Assembly: GCF_039654945.1 (NCBI RefSeq)
Contig: NW_027361675.1
Location: 34,844,001 to 34,908,000 of the forward strand
DNA length: 64,000 nucleotides
Direction of reading: 5' to 3'
Origin: Dendrobates tinctorius
Lineage: Eukaryota
The notes beneath the pieces are model-generated. The model did not search any database, was not told the DNA's origin, and saw only the letters and a list, made by a program, of their open reading frames with translations. The translations under genes were made by a program, and so were the position numbers. Positions 51,305 through 64,000 of the stretch are shown here, piece by piece (the first letter of the stretch is position 1; every line of letters begins with the position of its first letter).

Positions 51305-53072
51305 TTTTAAATAAAAATCTCATTTTTCGAACCTTGCCAATGTCTGGATTAGATTTTAAATTCATTTGGAAACTCATTTCATTAATAAAAGTATGAGTTT
51401 TCATAGAAAACATAAAATTGTCTGGGTGACCCCAAACTTTTGAACAGTAGTGTATACGATACTGATCGCCTATCCTTAGGGCTCGTGCAGATGCCTGTAT
51501 TTTGCATTTTTGGTCCGAGTGCGATCCAACAAAATATCGGATTGCACTTAGACCAATATTAATTTATGGGGCTTTGCACAACTCTGATTTTTATTCGGAT
51601 TGAGCCATTCTGAGGAAAAAAATCATAGCATGCCCCAGTTGGAATCGATTGTGGTATCACACTCGGCCATGCAAGTCAATGAGTCTGAGTAAAACATTGG
51701 AGTGCACTTGGATTACATGTGAATACAGCAAATTTTCATGGACAGACAAAATGGAGACATTTTTTTTTCCGTCTTCTCCTCATCCAAATATCAGATCACT
51801 CAATGCTCACACTCTGATCAGTGTGATTTGCATAATCGACCCAATTCTCTCAGATGAGATAAAATACTTTCTTGTGCCCCCAGCCTTGCAATAGGTCATC
51901 AATATTAAATCGGTGGTAGTCCGACAATCGGTTTCCATTACCAGCTGTAGTCAGTGAATGGAGCCTGAACAGCACAACTTTGTTCACTTTGTAGTGACCA
52001 TTGCTGAGAATTACAGCTCAGCTCTAATAAAAGTGAATAGGAGCTGAGCTGCAGTTAACAGGATCATTGCCTAGTCTGGATACAATTGTACTCACAGATG
52101 GACACAAGACTAACCACATACTGGGTTTCAGTCCTGGCCTGTAAACAGCTGATATCAAACTAATATCTTTAAAATTATGAGGAACAGAAATATTAGAAAC
52201 TTGTACAACTTTATGCACTGATTTATTTAAATAAAACACAAAAAACGTTCATACATTTTTAAGTCTTTGTAAAATATTATTGTCATCTAAATCTTGCTCT
52301 TGTCAAATTGATTAAAAGAATTCTACAGTACATAATGTAAAAAATATCATACGTATCATTTAACCCAATCCCATAAACATCTCATTTGTATCATTTGTAC
52401 TAGTACAGTATTGGCGCCCATTCTCACTTGTTTTTTTAACTAAGCAGCAATGGAGTTTGCTGGAGTTTTGTGTTAGATCAATCAATGTTTTCCCTGAACC
52501 CTGACCCTTGGGTGCAATAAGGGCCTTCTAATTAATTATTAAAGTTTTCTAACAGCCAATGGTTCGTGTGTCTGGTTTCACTTTACTCTCATTACCTGCT
52601 CTCTGTAGAATGGTAACAGACAGCATGTAATTATAAAATGGCCATCTAGCTGCTACCCTGGAGATCCCTGCCAAGGCAATGGTTTGGAGACACGAAGGTT
52701 TTCACTCCTACATATAAAAAACACTTCTAATATGGTATTTTAACCCCCTCATTAGTTTATTTCCTGCAAATATAAACCAGTAATAAATCAATAGCAGAAT
52801 GATACATGTGTGATGGTGCATAAATTGTGAAATATAAAGGAATAAATAAATAAATAAATTCAGAGGTTCCAGGTGCTAACTGGCACTGCTCCTAGACTAG
52901 GCCCGTTACAACCTTCAAAGGTGCATAAATTGCCTGGTGTCTGCACCATTAGCATCAAAGGTACATTTGCCCTATGTACTGTATATCATGTATGTTGCTG
53001 TATATGCAGCTGTAATGAGCAGGTGAAGTGTAAATTAACTTAAAAATTGTTAAAATTAATGGTACAGATTTA

Positions 53073-53455
53073 AGGGGGTTTTACACATAGCGATATCGCA
53101 AGCAATATCGCTAAAACGTCACCGGTTTTGTGACGTTATAGAGATATTGCTAGCGATATCGCTATGTGTGATACTTACCTCCGACCGGCTCCCCCGCTGT
53201 CCATCGGTGATAGCGCGAGATTGGGCGCCTCCATCTCTCGTCGTCTGCTTCCTGCTGTGTGAGACGAGCGACGCTGGACGCGGGCGGGAGGACGTCAGGA
53301 TCGCTGTGTGTGAAAGGGGAGTATCGTGCGCTGCGTCGTTGTGAGATCTTTCTGTGTGAAAGCTCACTAGCAATCATTTAGCGATGCACCAGCGATCTTG
53401 ACCGGGTCGGATCGCTGGTCGGATCGTTGGTGCATCGCTAAATGTAAAAGGGCCT
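53073..53455. mobile_element. Harbinger-type MITE (family A-related)
   Basis: TTA at 53070-72 and 53456-58; similar to the reverse complement of 23622-23988. Confidence 0.85.
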
Positions 53456-53659
53456 TTAGGAATATCCAGATTAGCTCCCTCTCAGAAGGAAAGAAAACTA
53501 ACTAGCTGGTGCCATGTGATGAAGCAGCTACACTGTTATTAAATGTCTGAGCTTTTAACAAAACTCACATGACCAGAAATATTAGTTTAGCTATGCCGTA
53601 CTGTTACACACTTAACATTATGGCTGGTCCATACAATCAGGGCAACTGTTACCACCCAC

Positions 53660-53845
53660 CTTTCATGTCTTTCCTCATAGACTGTAAGCTTGCGAGCAGA
53701 GCCCTCATTCCTCTTGGTATTTGTTATGATCTATGTGATTATTGTATTGCTGTAATGTCTATTGTCTGTACAAATCCTCTCTGAAATGTAAAGTGCTGCG
53801 GAATATGTCGGCACTATAGAAATAGAATGTATTATTATTATTATG
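53660..53845 (+). mobile_element. L2/CR1-type LINE 3' end
   Basis: TAGACTGTAAGCT...TGTAAAGTGCTGCGGAATATGTCGGCACTATA followed by an (ATT)n tail. Confidence 0.7.
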
Positions 53846-54423
53846 CTTGTTAAAGGGCGTAGAGGGCATCTACTGTCATTGCAGTAAGTTTCTTCGGGGA
53901 TAAATTTGCTGTCCTGATTCCTCTCTTCCCTTTCCCTGATCCACAGACAGCAGGTTGAGACGTGGAGCAGGGAGCTGGCAATTTCCTTCTGAACTTTATC
54001 TCGTTCCTTAAGATGAGCTGATGGTGATACTCGGCAAAGCCCATGTAGGCCATGTGGCCTTGGCGACATGAAGATCAGTTTGTAACACCTAACTGCTGAT
54101 TTGCTATGGATCATATTCCTTATAGATTATACAGATTCACTCCTATTTAATTTTGCTACTTTAATAAACTATATATTAATATGTCCGCAGGCCATAGGGC
54201 TTTCTTTATATTTGATGCAATTTTATTATAGATATGCGTATTTTTAAACATGTGATATACAGCCTCACCCCATATATCTGTTTTTGGTTGAATACCCTAT
54301 GGCTTATATGAGAGAGAGAACATGAGACATATTTCTCCTTACCTATATTCTGGCATCACATCCTATGCATCACATAATTGAGGGATACTGTCTCTCTTGT
54401 TCTGAGTACATCTTGCTTATCAC

Positions 54424-54738
54424 TAGAGATGAGTGAACGCAAACTATAATGTTCAGGTTTCGTACCGGACACCTATTTTCCGGTGAACTCCGAACACAGA
54501 CTTCTCATGGAAGTCGGTTTTTATTGTTTGGAGTTCGGATGGCATTAGGAAAGTGAGTGAGAGAGCAGGCCCCTAGCCCTTACTACTACTATTTTATAGT
54601 ACCAAAGTTTGGGTCCCCATTGACTTTTGTTTGAGTTTGCATTCAAGGTTGGGTTGACTTCTGGTACCCGAACTGAACTTGGACTAAAGTTCGGTTGAAC
54701 CAGACGAACCCAAACATCCATGGGTCCACTCATCCCTA
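54424..54738. mobile_element. hAT-type MITE
   Basis: TAGAGATGAGTGAAC / GTCCACTCATCCCTA TIRs; 8-bp flanks CTTATCAC / CTTATAAT (6 of 8 match). Confidence 0.7.
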
Positions 54739-55054
54739 CTTATAATGTTGTCTATTTAGTTGTGATTTAATTATATTTTATGTATCCTGCATGCTTTTAC
54801 ATGATATCTTCATGAAGTGTGATGTTGCATGTATTTCCTATACTACGTATATTGATTATATACTGTTGTTCTATTTAAAGAGAACCTATCACAATGTCAA
54901 AATTGAACAGTTACTGTTTTACGTTTAATCTTGTTGCTCGAGTAAGTATTGCATTTTTCTTTCCTTAAAACCAACATATAATTCCTGAGATTCGGGACTT
55001 TTTATTTTATTAATTTTTATGATCTTTACCAATGGGGTGTGGGCTCATAGTATA

Positions 55055-56661
55055 CAGTGGCATGCAAAAGTTTATGCACCCCTGGTCAAAATTACTGTTA
55101 TTGTGAACAGTTAAGCAAGTTGAAGATAAAATGATCTCTAAAAGGCCTAAAGTTAAAGATTACACATTTGTTTTGTATTTTAGGCTAAAAAGTAATACAC
55201 ATTGTAATTTTTTCACATTTTTAAAATGACAAAAAGAAAAATGGTCCGTTGCTACAGTTTGGGCACCTTTGGAGATTTGTGTGCTCTGATAACTTTGACC
55301 AAGGTTTCAGACCTTAATTAGCCTGTAAGGGATATGGCTTGTTCACCCTCAATGTTAGGAAAGGCCAGCTGATGCAGATTCCACAGGTTTAGAAACACAT
55401 AGCCTCCCCTAACCTTGTGCGAAAAACAGCCAGGGTTCTTTTAAGCAGCTGCCTAGCACTCTGAAAATGAAAATGGTGGAGGCCCACAAAGCAGGAGAAG
55501 GCTATAAGAAGATAGCAAAGCGTTTTCAAGTTGTCCTTTCCTCAGTTCAATATGTAATTCAGAAATAGCAGTTTACAGGAACAGTGGAGGTCAAGATAAG
55601 GTCTGGAAGGCCAAGCAAAATTTCAGAGAGAGCTGCTTGTAGGATTGCTAGAAAGGCATATCAGAACCCCCACTTGACTGCAAAAGACCTTCAGAAAGAT
55701 TTAGCAGATTCTGGAGTTGTGGTAATTGTTCTACTGTTCAGAGACACCTTATCAAATATGGCCTTCCTGGAAGAGTCATCAGAAGAAAACCTCTCCTGCA
55801 CCCTCACCATAAAAGTTAGCATCAGAGGTATGCAAAAGAACATCTAAACAAGCCCAATGCATTTTAGAAACAAGTCCTGTGAATCGTTGAAGTTAAAATA
55901 AAACTCTTTGGTCGCAATGATCAAAGGTATGTGCAGAGAAAAAAATTGCATAGAATTTCAGGAAAAGAACATCTCTCCAACCATTAAGCATGGGGATGGA
56001 TCAATCATGCTTTGGAGTTGTGTTGCAGACAATGGCACAGGGAACATTTCACAGGTAGAGGGAAGAATGGAGTCAATGAAATTTCAATAAATTCTTGATG
56101 CAAACATAACACCATGTGTAAAAAAAAGCTGAATTTGAAAACAGGATGGTTTCTACAAATGGATAATGATCACACACATCAAAATCCACAATAGACTACC
56201 TCAAAAGGCGATAGCTAGAGGTTTTTCAATGGCCCTCACAGTCCCCCGATTCGATCATCATTGAAAATGTGTGGCTAGTCCTCAAAATAGCAGTGCATGC
56301 AAGACGACCCAGGAATCTCACAGAAATTTTCCAAGGAAGAATGGATGAAAATCCATCAAACAAGAATTGAAAGACTCTTGGCTGGCTACTAAAAGCGCTT
56401 ACAAGCTGTGATATTTTAAAAGGGAGTGCTACTAGGTACTAACTATGCAGGGTGCCCAAACTTTTGCATTGGCCTATTTTCCTTATTGTAATTTTTCAAA
56501 TGTAAAAAATGACAATATATAATTTTTTTGGCCTAAAATACAGAGAAAATGTGTCATCTTTAACTTTAGCCCTTTTAGAGATCATTCCATCTTCAACTTG
56601 CTTAACTGGTCACAATAACAGTAATTTTGACCAGGGGTGCCCAAACTTTTAAATGCCACTG
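55055..56661 (+). mobile_element. Full-length degenerate long-TIR Tc1
   Basis: CAGTGGCAT...ATGCCACTG ends with TA flanks; ~210-bp TIRs; transposase fragments 55584-55847 and 55908-56090. Confidence 0.9.
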
Positions 56662-57886
56662 TATTAAGGCTGCTTTGCATTATTACCCTGTGAGCAACTC
56701 CCTCTTAGTAAAGACCATACAAAATAACACTAAATAAAAAAGCCAAGGAAAACCACGAACGGGGAAACACTACTTAGCTTTACTCTGTTGCACTTGCTCC
56801 TGGCAACAGAGTCCACCACCAAAATGCAGCTCTCCTCCTGAATCGCTGCCACCAAGCTCTGTCAGAGCTACAAGGAAATCCCCTATGACTCCTTCCACAC
56901 CAAGGCTAAGACAGTGCTGCAAGGAACGCTCTCCAGCTCCTTCCTTCACCAAGGATGGTTGAAATGAACACTATCACCAACACTGATTGCAACACCTGTG
57001 ACTCTTTTATAGCAGAGCCAGCAATCAACCTGCGTTATAATCATGTGCACTAAACTAAAGAAACTAGAGTGCAATGGCGCTCACCACCACAGGGGGAAAA
57101 CTTAGAACAAACGACACCACAGTGCAATAATCCTAATGGCCTCCGGGGACAAAAACCAAACTTAAGCACAGCTTAGAAAAAAAAGGTTACCTGTGCTTTT
57201 TATCAGTCCTGATCCAGCATGGATCATGACACTTTGGTTGCTAAAACAGTAGATAAGCTACAGCAATAATAAAATCGCAACTTATAGAGGGTACTGAAGT
57301 CAATTAGGTAAATTGCTCTATCAAATGTTATGGGGCTGCACAATCTGTACAGTATTCTACTAAAAAAGCTCACATTTGTGATCAAAGGCAGCAGGTGTTA
57401 TTGGAGGCTAACAATACTATCACAGCTTTATGAAGAATGGAGAAGACTAGAATAATGCAGGGCATGCATGTCTGCTAGTATAGATCTCTTCTAATGTGAG
57501 TAGTAAGCTTATGTCCCTATAAAATAATGTATTTAATGATAGAAACAGTCCAAATGCATACAAGCAATACTATAGCAAACCTTGCTTAAACAAAATCTAT
57601 ATTTATATGATTACATTCCCTATGGGTGAAGGGAGATATAATTAATGGATTTCCCCTGCCCTCTAATGCAACCATTAGGCAATTAAACCATGGACTATTC
57701 AATACATTTTGATGTATTTAGTAAGCAATTTGTCAAACAGTGCTGCCTATGAGTTAATATATTAATTCTTGTCAGTGCCTCCTTTTGACAAAAATTATAC
57801 TTTTTTTGCAGTCAGATAAGCATGCATACATCCATTTATCCATCTGTCACACTATCTATTTAGCTATCTATCTATATTTTGTTTAA

Positions 57887-58329
57887 AGGGAATCTGTCAC
57901 CCATTTTTTGAGATATCATATAATGATATCATTCAATTGTGTGTCATATAAGGATTCTCTTAGTACTTCTGCTTCCCCCTGACAACGCACCCTTCATGCA
58001 TAAATACCTTGTTTATATTGGTTCAGATGTATGTAAACTGCCGCTGTCCGGTCCGCTGGGCGGGGCTTATTCACCTGCTCCCCCCTCCCTGTCTTGCTCT
58101 ACGCATTTCTTCCTGTGTAGAGCAAGACAGGGAGGGAGCAGTTGAATAAGCCCTGCCCATCGGACCGGACCGTGGCAGTTTACATACATCTGAACCGATA
58201 TAAAAAAGGTATTTATGCATGAAAGGTGCGGGGTCAGGGGGAAGCAAAAGTACTAAGAGAATCCTTATGTGACACAAAATTGAATGATATCATTATATGA
58301 TATCTCAAAAAAGGGGTGACAGATTCCCT
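57887..58329. mobile_element. Near-perfect palindromic TTAA MITE (T2/Kolobok-like), 443 bp
   Basis: TTAA on both flanks; TIR AGGGAATCTGTCACC; ORFs 57939(+) and 58071(-) mirror each other. Confidence 0.9.
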
Positions 58330-58528
58330 TTAAACACAAAAAGAAGAGTTACAAATAAATTAAAGAAATAAGGTAATTGGATATCCCTATCCTCAACTAT
58401 TTAGAGAGCTATCTGCAAATGCCTAAATATGACTCCCACTCACAATAGAAACCTCCTAAATATATAGGAACAGTAGTCATCAGCCCCTCCCCCAAGTGAT
58501 GGCTAGAGGTAGCCAGAATTTGATTGAA

Positions 58529-60706
58529 AGGAAATCTGTCAGTAGGATCAACCCTCCTAAGCGGTCTATATTACAATGGAGGTCATAGAAAGTTCTATAA
58601 AATGATACCTTGATATCTGCAATCTGATGTCTTATTCCAGAAAAATCTATGTTTTTCTTAATACAGCTCTGGCAAAAATTAAGACTACTGCACAATTTTC
58701 ATTTTGTCTGATTATTTCTCTTTATAGGTATATTTTTGAGTAAGATGTAAATTGCTCTTTTATTCTATAAACTACTGACAACATGTCTTCGAATTTCCAA
58801 GCACTAAATTTTGTATTTATTTTCAGAAAATGAGAGATGGTCAAAATAACAGAAAAATGCAGTGCTTGCTGGCCTCAAATAATGCTAAGAAAACAAGTTC
58901 ATAATGATTTAGAAACAACATTACTAATATTACAAACTAAGGAAGAGTACAGAATTCAATATTTTGTGGAATAACCATGATTTTTTATCACAGCTTTCAT
59001 GAGTCTTGGCATGCTTTCCATCAGTCTTTCACACTGCTTTTGGCTGACCTTATGCTACTCCTGGTACAAAAATTTAAGCACTTCTTTGTTTGATGGCTTG
59101 TGACTATCCATCTTCCTCTTGATTACATTTCAGAGGTTTAGATTGGGATTTGATGTGGTGGTCCTTCATCCACACTGATTTACCTAGCTGTGTGGCATGG
59201 CACATTATCCTGCTGGAAAAACCAGTCCTCAGAGTTGGGGAACATTGCCTGAGCAGAAGGAATCAAATGTTTTACCAGGATAACCTTGTATGCGGCTTGA
59301 TTCATACGTCCTTCGCAAAGATTAACCTGCCCAATTCCAGTCTTGCTGAAGCATCCCGAGATCATCACTGATCCTCCACCAAATTTGACAGTGAGTGCAA
59401 GACACTGTGGCTTGTACGCCTCTCCAGGTCTCCGTTTAACCATTAGACAACAAGGTGTTGGGCAAAGCTGAAAATTAGACTCATCAGAGAAGATTACCTT
59501 ACTCCAGTCCTCTATGGTCCAATCCTTAAGGTCTTTGGCAAACTTCAGCCTGGCTCTCCTTTGCTTCTAATTGATGAAAGCCTTTTTTCTAGCTTTACAT
59601 GACTTGAGCCCTGCCTCTAGGAGTCTGGTATGAACTGTTCTTGCTGTGCACTTCACCTCAGCTGCCATTTGCCATTCCTTTTGTAGGTCATTTGACGTCA
59701 TTCTATGGTTGCTGAGTGGCATTCGAATAAGATGACGTCATCTCGGTCAGTGGAGAGTCGTTTTCGCCCTCTGCCGGTCTGTAGTTTTGTTGTCCCCAAT
59801 GTCTGCTGCTTGACCTTGTTGTAATGGACTGTCATATTAGAAATTTTAACGATGGAGGCAACATGATGCTCACTGTATCCCTCTGCTAGTAAAGCCAGAA
59901 TTGAGCCCTTCTTTTCCTCACTCAAGACTTATCTTTTCAACTCCTTTGGCATGGTTAAAAGTTATTTTTTCATTTCTATTACTTTTGGGATATTACTAGC
60001 ACTTGTTTTGCCATCCAGTTTGTCCTATTGCAAGAGGATTGTGAACACCACAGCAGGGTTTTTTATACTTTCCTTCACTAAATAAGATTTGGTTCAGGGG
60101 ATCACCTAATCAGAAGCACATTAAGTAGAATGAGGTGTACTCTGGTTGGAAGTCAACTGACACTGGAAAGGAATGGCAGTCAGACATGTAGAGAAGCTGA
60201 TTTTTATAAAATTGTGCAGTTGTCTCTTAATTTTTGCCAGAGCTGTATGTATATTAGCTATTAAGATCTATGGGCGGGACACAGATCTACTTGAGGATCT
60301 GCCTCCAGCGCTTATTTTAAATGAAAGGGGGCATTATCAGTGTGAGACATAAAGATTAGGAGAGAAGACTGTCAGTCATTACATATCTCACACTGATAAT
60401 GCCCTCTTTTATTTAAAATAAGATCTTGAGGCAGATTCTCAGGGAGATATGCGTTTTGCCCACATTGTTTTTTCATGTTTTTAAGAAGCACATAAACAAT
60501 TTTTTTTTTAATACATCAGTGGATTGTTTGATCGCTGGAGCACATCTTTTCTTCTTTTCAGCTCATTTGCATACTAATAAAAATGTGGATTACTCTGGAA
60601 TAAGGCATCAGATTGCAGATATCAAGGTATCATTTTATTCAGCTTCCTATCACCTGCATGCAAATACAGATGGCTTAGGCAAGTTGTTCCTACTGACAAA
60701 TTCCCT
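58529..60706. mobile_element. T2/Kolobok-like MITE interrupted by Tc1
   Basis: AGGAAATCTGTCAGTAGGA / TCCTACTGACAAATTCCCT-TTAA; inverted arms 58529-58660 and 60575-60706. Confidence 0.75.
58664..60245 (-). mobile_element. Degenerate short-TIR Tc1 transposon
   Basis: TIR CAGCTCTGGCAAAAATTAAGA with TA flanks; fragments 59698-59925 (HTH) and 59180-59443 (KFGGGSVM...FQQDNVPCH). Confidence 0.9.
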
Positions 60707-61147
60707 TTAAAAGAAGTAACCTTGGTTATTCATGACATGTTCATAAAATCAGTCAAATATAACAGCAGCAGGCTCCCATACATGGCAACTATACTGATCA
60801 GCTGATTGAAGGCACCATAGTGCACAAGAAAACAGCTGTGTATATTGTGTAGTGGCCACGAATGATAACGCAGATCTTTTCCATTCAAGAGAATAAGGGA
60901 GTGCTACAGTGCAAGTCAGAGTCATGAGACCATGTATAGAGCTGGGCACGGTGATGCCTCTATAAAGGGAATCTGTCACCTCATTCTCACGCTATATGTA
61001 AGCTAGTTGGGTCAAATCCGATGGGCAGGGTTTTTGCTCCTTCCCTCCACCCCTCCTTGGCCGCTGTACACAATATTTCAGGTAATTTCCATAGGTCTCG
61101 TCCATATTTTGCGCATTGCAATTTCCACTTCTCTGCCCACAGATTAA

Positions 61148-62723
61148 CCCCTTAACGACCAGAGTGTTTTGGGTTTCCATTTTAATTTTTTGCTCCCCTT
61201 CTTCTCAGAGCCATAACTTATTTATTTTTTGTTCATAATGGCCATGTGATGGCTTTTTTTGTGTGGGACAAGTTGTACTTTTGAACGACAACATTGATTT
61301 AACAATTCTACAGTTGTTTTTTGTTTTTACCATGATCACTAAATGCTAAAACTGACCTGCCAATTTTGTCTGTGTGTTTGTTTATAACATTTTACTCTTT
61401 ATCTACTTGAAAATGTTTAACAATTACTATGGTTGTTAACCTACAAATGATAGTGAAAAAATCTAAAATGCCTAATTATTTTTTATTTTCCTGTAATATT
61501 TGAACAATTTTCAATAAAAATTACAATTTAAATAAAAACTGACCTGCCATTATGATTCTCCAGGTCATTAGGAGTATACATCAGACACCAAACATGTCAA
61601 GGTTATTTTTTATTTAAGTGGCGAAATAAAATTCCAAAGTTTGTTATTGTATTTTAATGCAATGTTGCGGCGACCAAATAAACTTTTTTTTCTCGTTACG
61701 CCATTTAGCGATCGGGTTAATTCTTTTTTTATATGGATAGATCGGGCACTTCTGAATACGGCGATACCAAATATGTGTATGTTTGATTTTTTATTATTTT
61801 ATTTTGAAAGGGGTGAAAGAGGGGGTGATTTTAACGTTTATATTTTTTAAATATTTTTAAAATATTTTTTCTTTACTTTTGAAATACTTCGATAGTCTCC
61901 ATGGGAGACTAGAAGCTGTCATAATCAGATCAGCTCTGCTACATACAGGCGATGATCACATTATCTGTACTGTATGTAGCAGAATTGCTCACTTGCTATG
62001 AGCACCGACCACCAGGTGGCGCTTTTAGCAATCTGGCAGTGACAACCATAAAGGTCTGCTGGAGACCTCTGGTTGTCATAGCGACCTATCAGTGACCCGC
62101 GATCACCGATGGGCGGGATTTCCAGCGCACTAGACAGAAGCGCACGTTAAATGCCGCTGTCAGAGATTGACAGTGAGATTTAATTAGATAACAGCCGTGG
62201 GTGATTCGTGATTCCACCCATGGCTTTTAGAGGCACATGTCAGCTGTTCAAAACAAATTTAAAAAAACTGACCGTCACATCCAAGCATAAACTAAGGGTG
62301 AACAGGTGCTTAACCTAGAGTCACCAACTCATATACACTAAAACAAAAATGTAAGCACTCTGCAGCACCATAGCATGCAAACATGAAATATGAAAAATAA
62401 ATTGCACTACGGCATTAGAAATATGAAAAATTGAGAAAGCTTAGCGCATAAAATGGCCAATTTATGTGTACCTGGAAGCCACGTTAAGGTGTTTCTCGCT
62501 TTCCAGATCCCTAACCTAATGCCAATCCTCACTTAGACTAAAGTCTTCATCTGTATGGGAACCTATGTAAATCCTCTCCTTAGACTGAAATCTGTATCTC
62601 TGTGGAGGGGTGGTTCAAAACAGCTGACATGCGCTGGAAAAGATGTGGCCTCAGCGCTGGAGCCCACATCAAAGGGAGGGTGTCTGACAATGGGGTACTA
62701 TTACGCCCCATGTCGGAAAGGGG
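61148..62723. mobile_element. piggyBac-like non-autonomous element
   Basis: TTAA-CCCCTTAACGAC ... GTCGGAAAGGGG-TAAA termini. Confidence 0.65.
61363..61534 (+). mobile_element. 172-bp retro-insertion (L1-type 3' tail)
   Basis: Perfect 15-bp TSD AAAACTGACCTGCCA at 61348-62 and 61535-49; AATAAA near the 3' end. Confidence 0.8.
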
Positions 62724-64000
62724 TAAAACAGCCCAATGAATGCTAATATGGCCGTTTAAGTCCACTGGCAGAAGGCTACTTTTAGTCCTTGAAGCTGTAA
62801 AAATAAAATTTGGAGCACGAACAGCTATTCCTATAAGAAAATAAACTCTGTACCCAGTTGCAACACATTAGAAACCAGGGGCATTCAAAATTGTATTTTT
62901 AGGTATGTTTTAAGCTTATAAAAAATCTCTAATGAAAAGGGGGGGAGCTCAGTATAAAACATTTTTATATCAGCAAAATATTTTTCTTTAAAAGAAAAAA
63001 AAACCTCCACAAAATGAAATAAAGAATATCAAACAAATATTGTTTTAATATTAGGCTGTCAAGACACTGGAGTGGTGCCTGGATTGCTTACTTTGGGACG
63101 TTTTTAACACAGCATGCTAAAAAGAAATTAAGTAGGCTATTGATTGCCTAGAAGTTCAAGATACTATCTAAAACTTCAAAGGCATTATTAAATGTTACCA
63201 TTTAGTAATGCAGACTTCATATTTATGTTTTTGGAGGTGGTTCCAGATACCTTCCATCTCCATAGGTCCTTGATAAAATATTTACATACGTTTTAGGTGA
63301 CTCTAAAAGATTGATGAATATTCCACTTAAAATAAGTCTTTTCAAGCCTTAGACCGGAAATATTAATTCAAAGCACGCAGCTGATCCAATTTTAAATTGA
63401 TTCATTCTCTGCAGCTGTGTGCTTGACATAAAGCTGATTTTCAAAGTCGTTTTTTTGTGGAAAATTCTCATAGTTCACCCAGAATGGAATCTGTAAATTG
63501 GAGGCAGAGTGCAGGATGTCCATTCTAGTGGCTGGAGGCAGAGAGCTTTGATTGCTAATTATTATAAATCTTATCCCCAGTGAAACTTTGTAATAGGGCA
63601 GATCTTCCAAAACTGTCTCTGATGATTGGGGATCATTACTCAGGCTTGGAGAAAAAAATGCTGAAGATGCAATACGTAAGTCAGTATTATACTTTTAGGA
63701 TAAGATCTAAGACTATCTATACAACTGTAAGGGCTAGTGCACATGACTGTATTTTCAGCCCAAGTGCGATCCAACAAAACATCACACCTGAATCAATGTT
63801 ATTCTATGGGGCCGTGCACGTCTGATTTTTTTCCTCGGACCGAGTCTGTTCGAGGAAATAAATCCCAATAAACATGATTGACATTAGTAAGTTGGATCGC
63901 AGTCAGCCATGCAGGCCAATGCTTCTGTGGAAAAATTGGGTCGAACTTGGATTTTCACAGACTGACAGAATGGATTAGATGGTGAATTTTTTTTCCATCG

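Larger units (their letters stand above)
47133..51452 (+). mobile_element. Tc1-superfamily DD38E (Intruder-type) transposon interrupted by a Helitron
   Basis: Short TIRs ACTACCATTCAAAAGTTTAGGGTCAC / GTGACCCCAAACTTTTGAACAGTAGTG-TA. Confidence 0.88.

Noticed and set aside
63392-63610. Upstream BCAS3 exon
   Set aside because: The translation does not resemble the expected preceding peptide (...QPPFNANHPLLLAAD...); that exon was not found in the window.

Overview
Eukaryotic (vertebrate) DNA; the repeat content suggests a frog, but that is inference. The window lies inside BCAS3 on the minus strand. Three GT-AG coding exons (38437-38537, 25747-25943, 8750-8847) join in frame into ...[33 protein letters not shown]|[21 protein letters not shown]...DLNSLR|[14 protein letters not shown].... 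The rest is intron filled with nested transposons. These include six Tc1-superfamily elements: an intact DD36E (Incomer-type) copy, a DD38E (Intruder-type) copy and DD34E-type copies. There is also a Gmr1-like Gypsy element with a SCAN-like gag and integrase before RT, three solo LTRs, a truncated L1, two Helitrons, a Harbinger remnant, many MITEs, three Penelope-like pieces with hammerhead-like motifs, and two TE-borne minisatellites. The most unusual pattern is that MITEs of three target-site classes share one layout: a CpG-rich, often palindromic core bracketed by two outward-facing 5' splice-site motifs. Family assignments come from recognising motifs by eye; no database searches were run.
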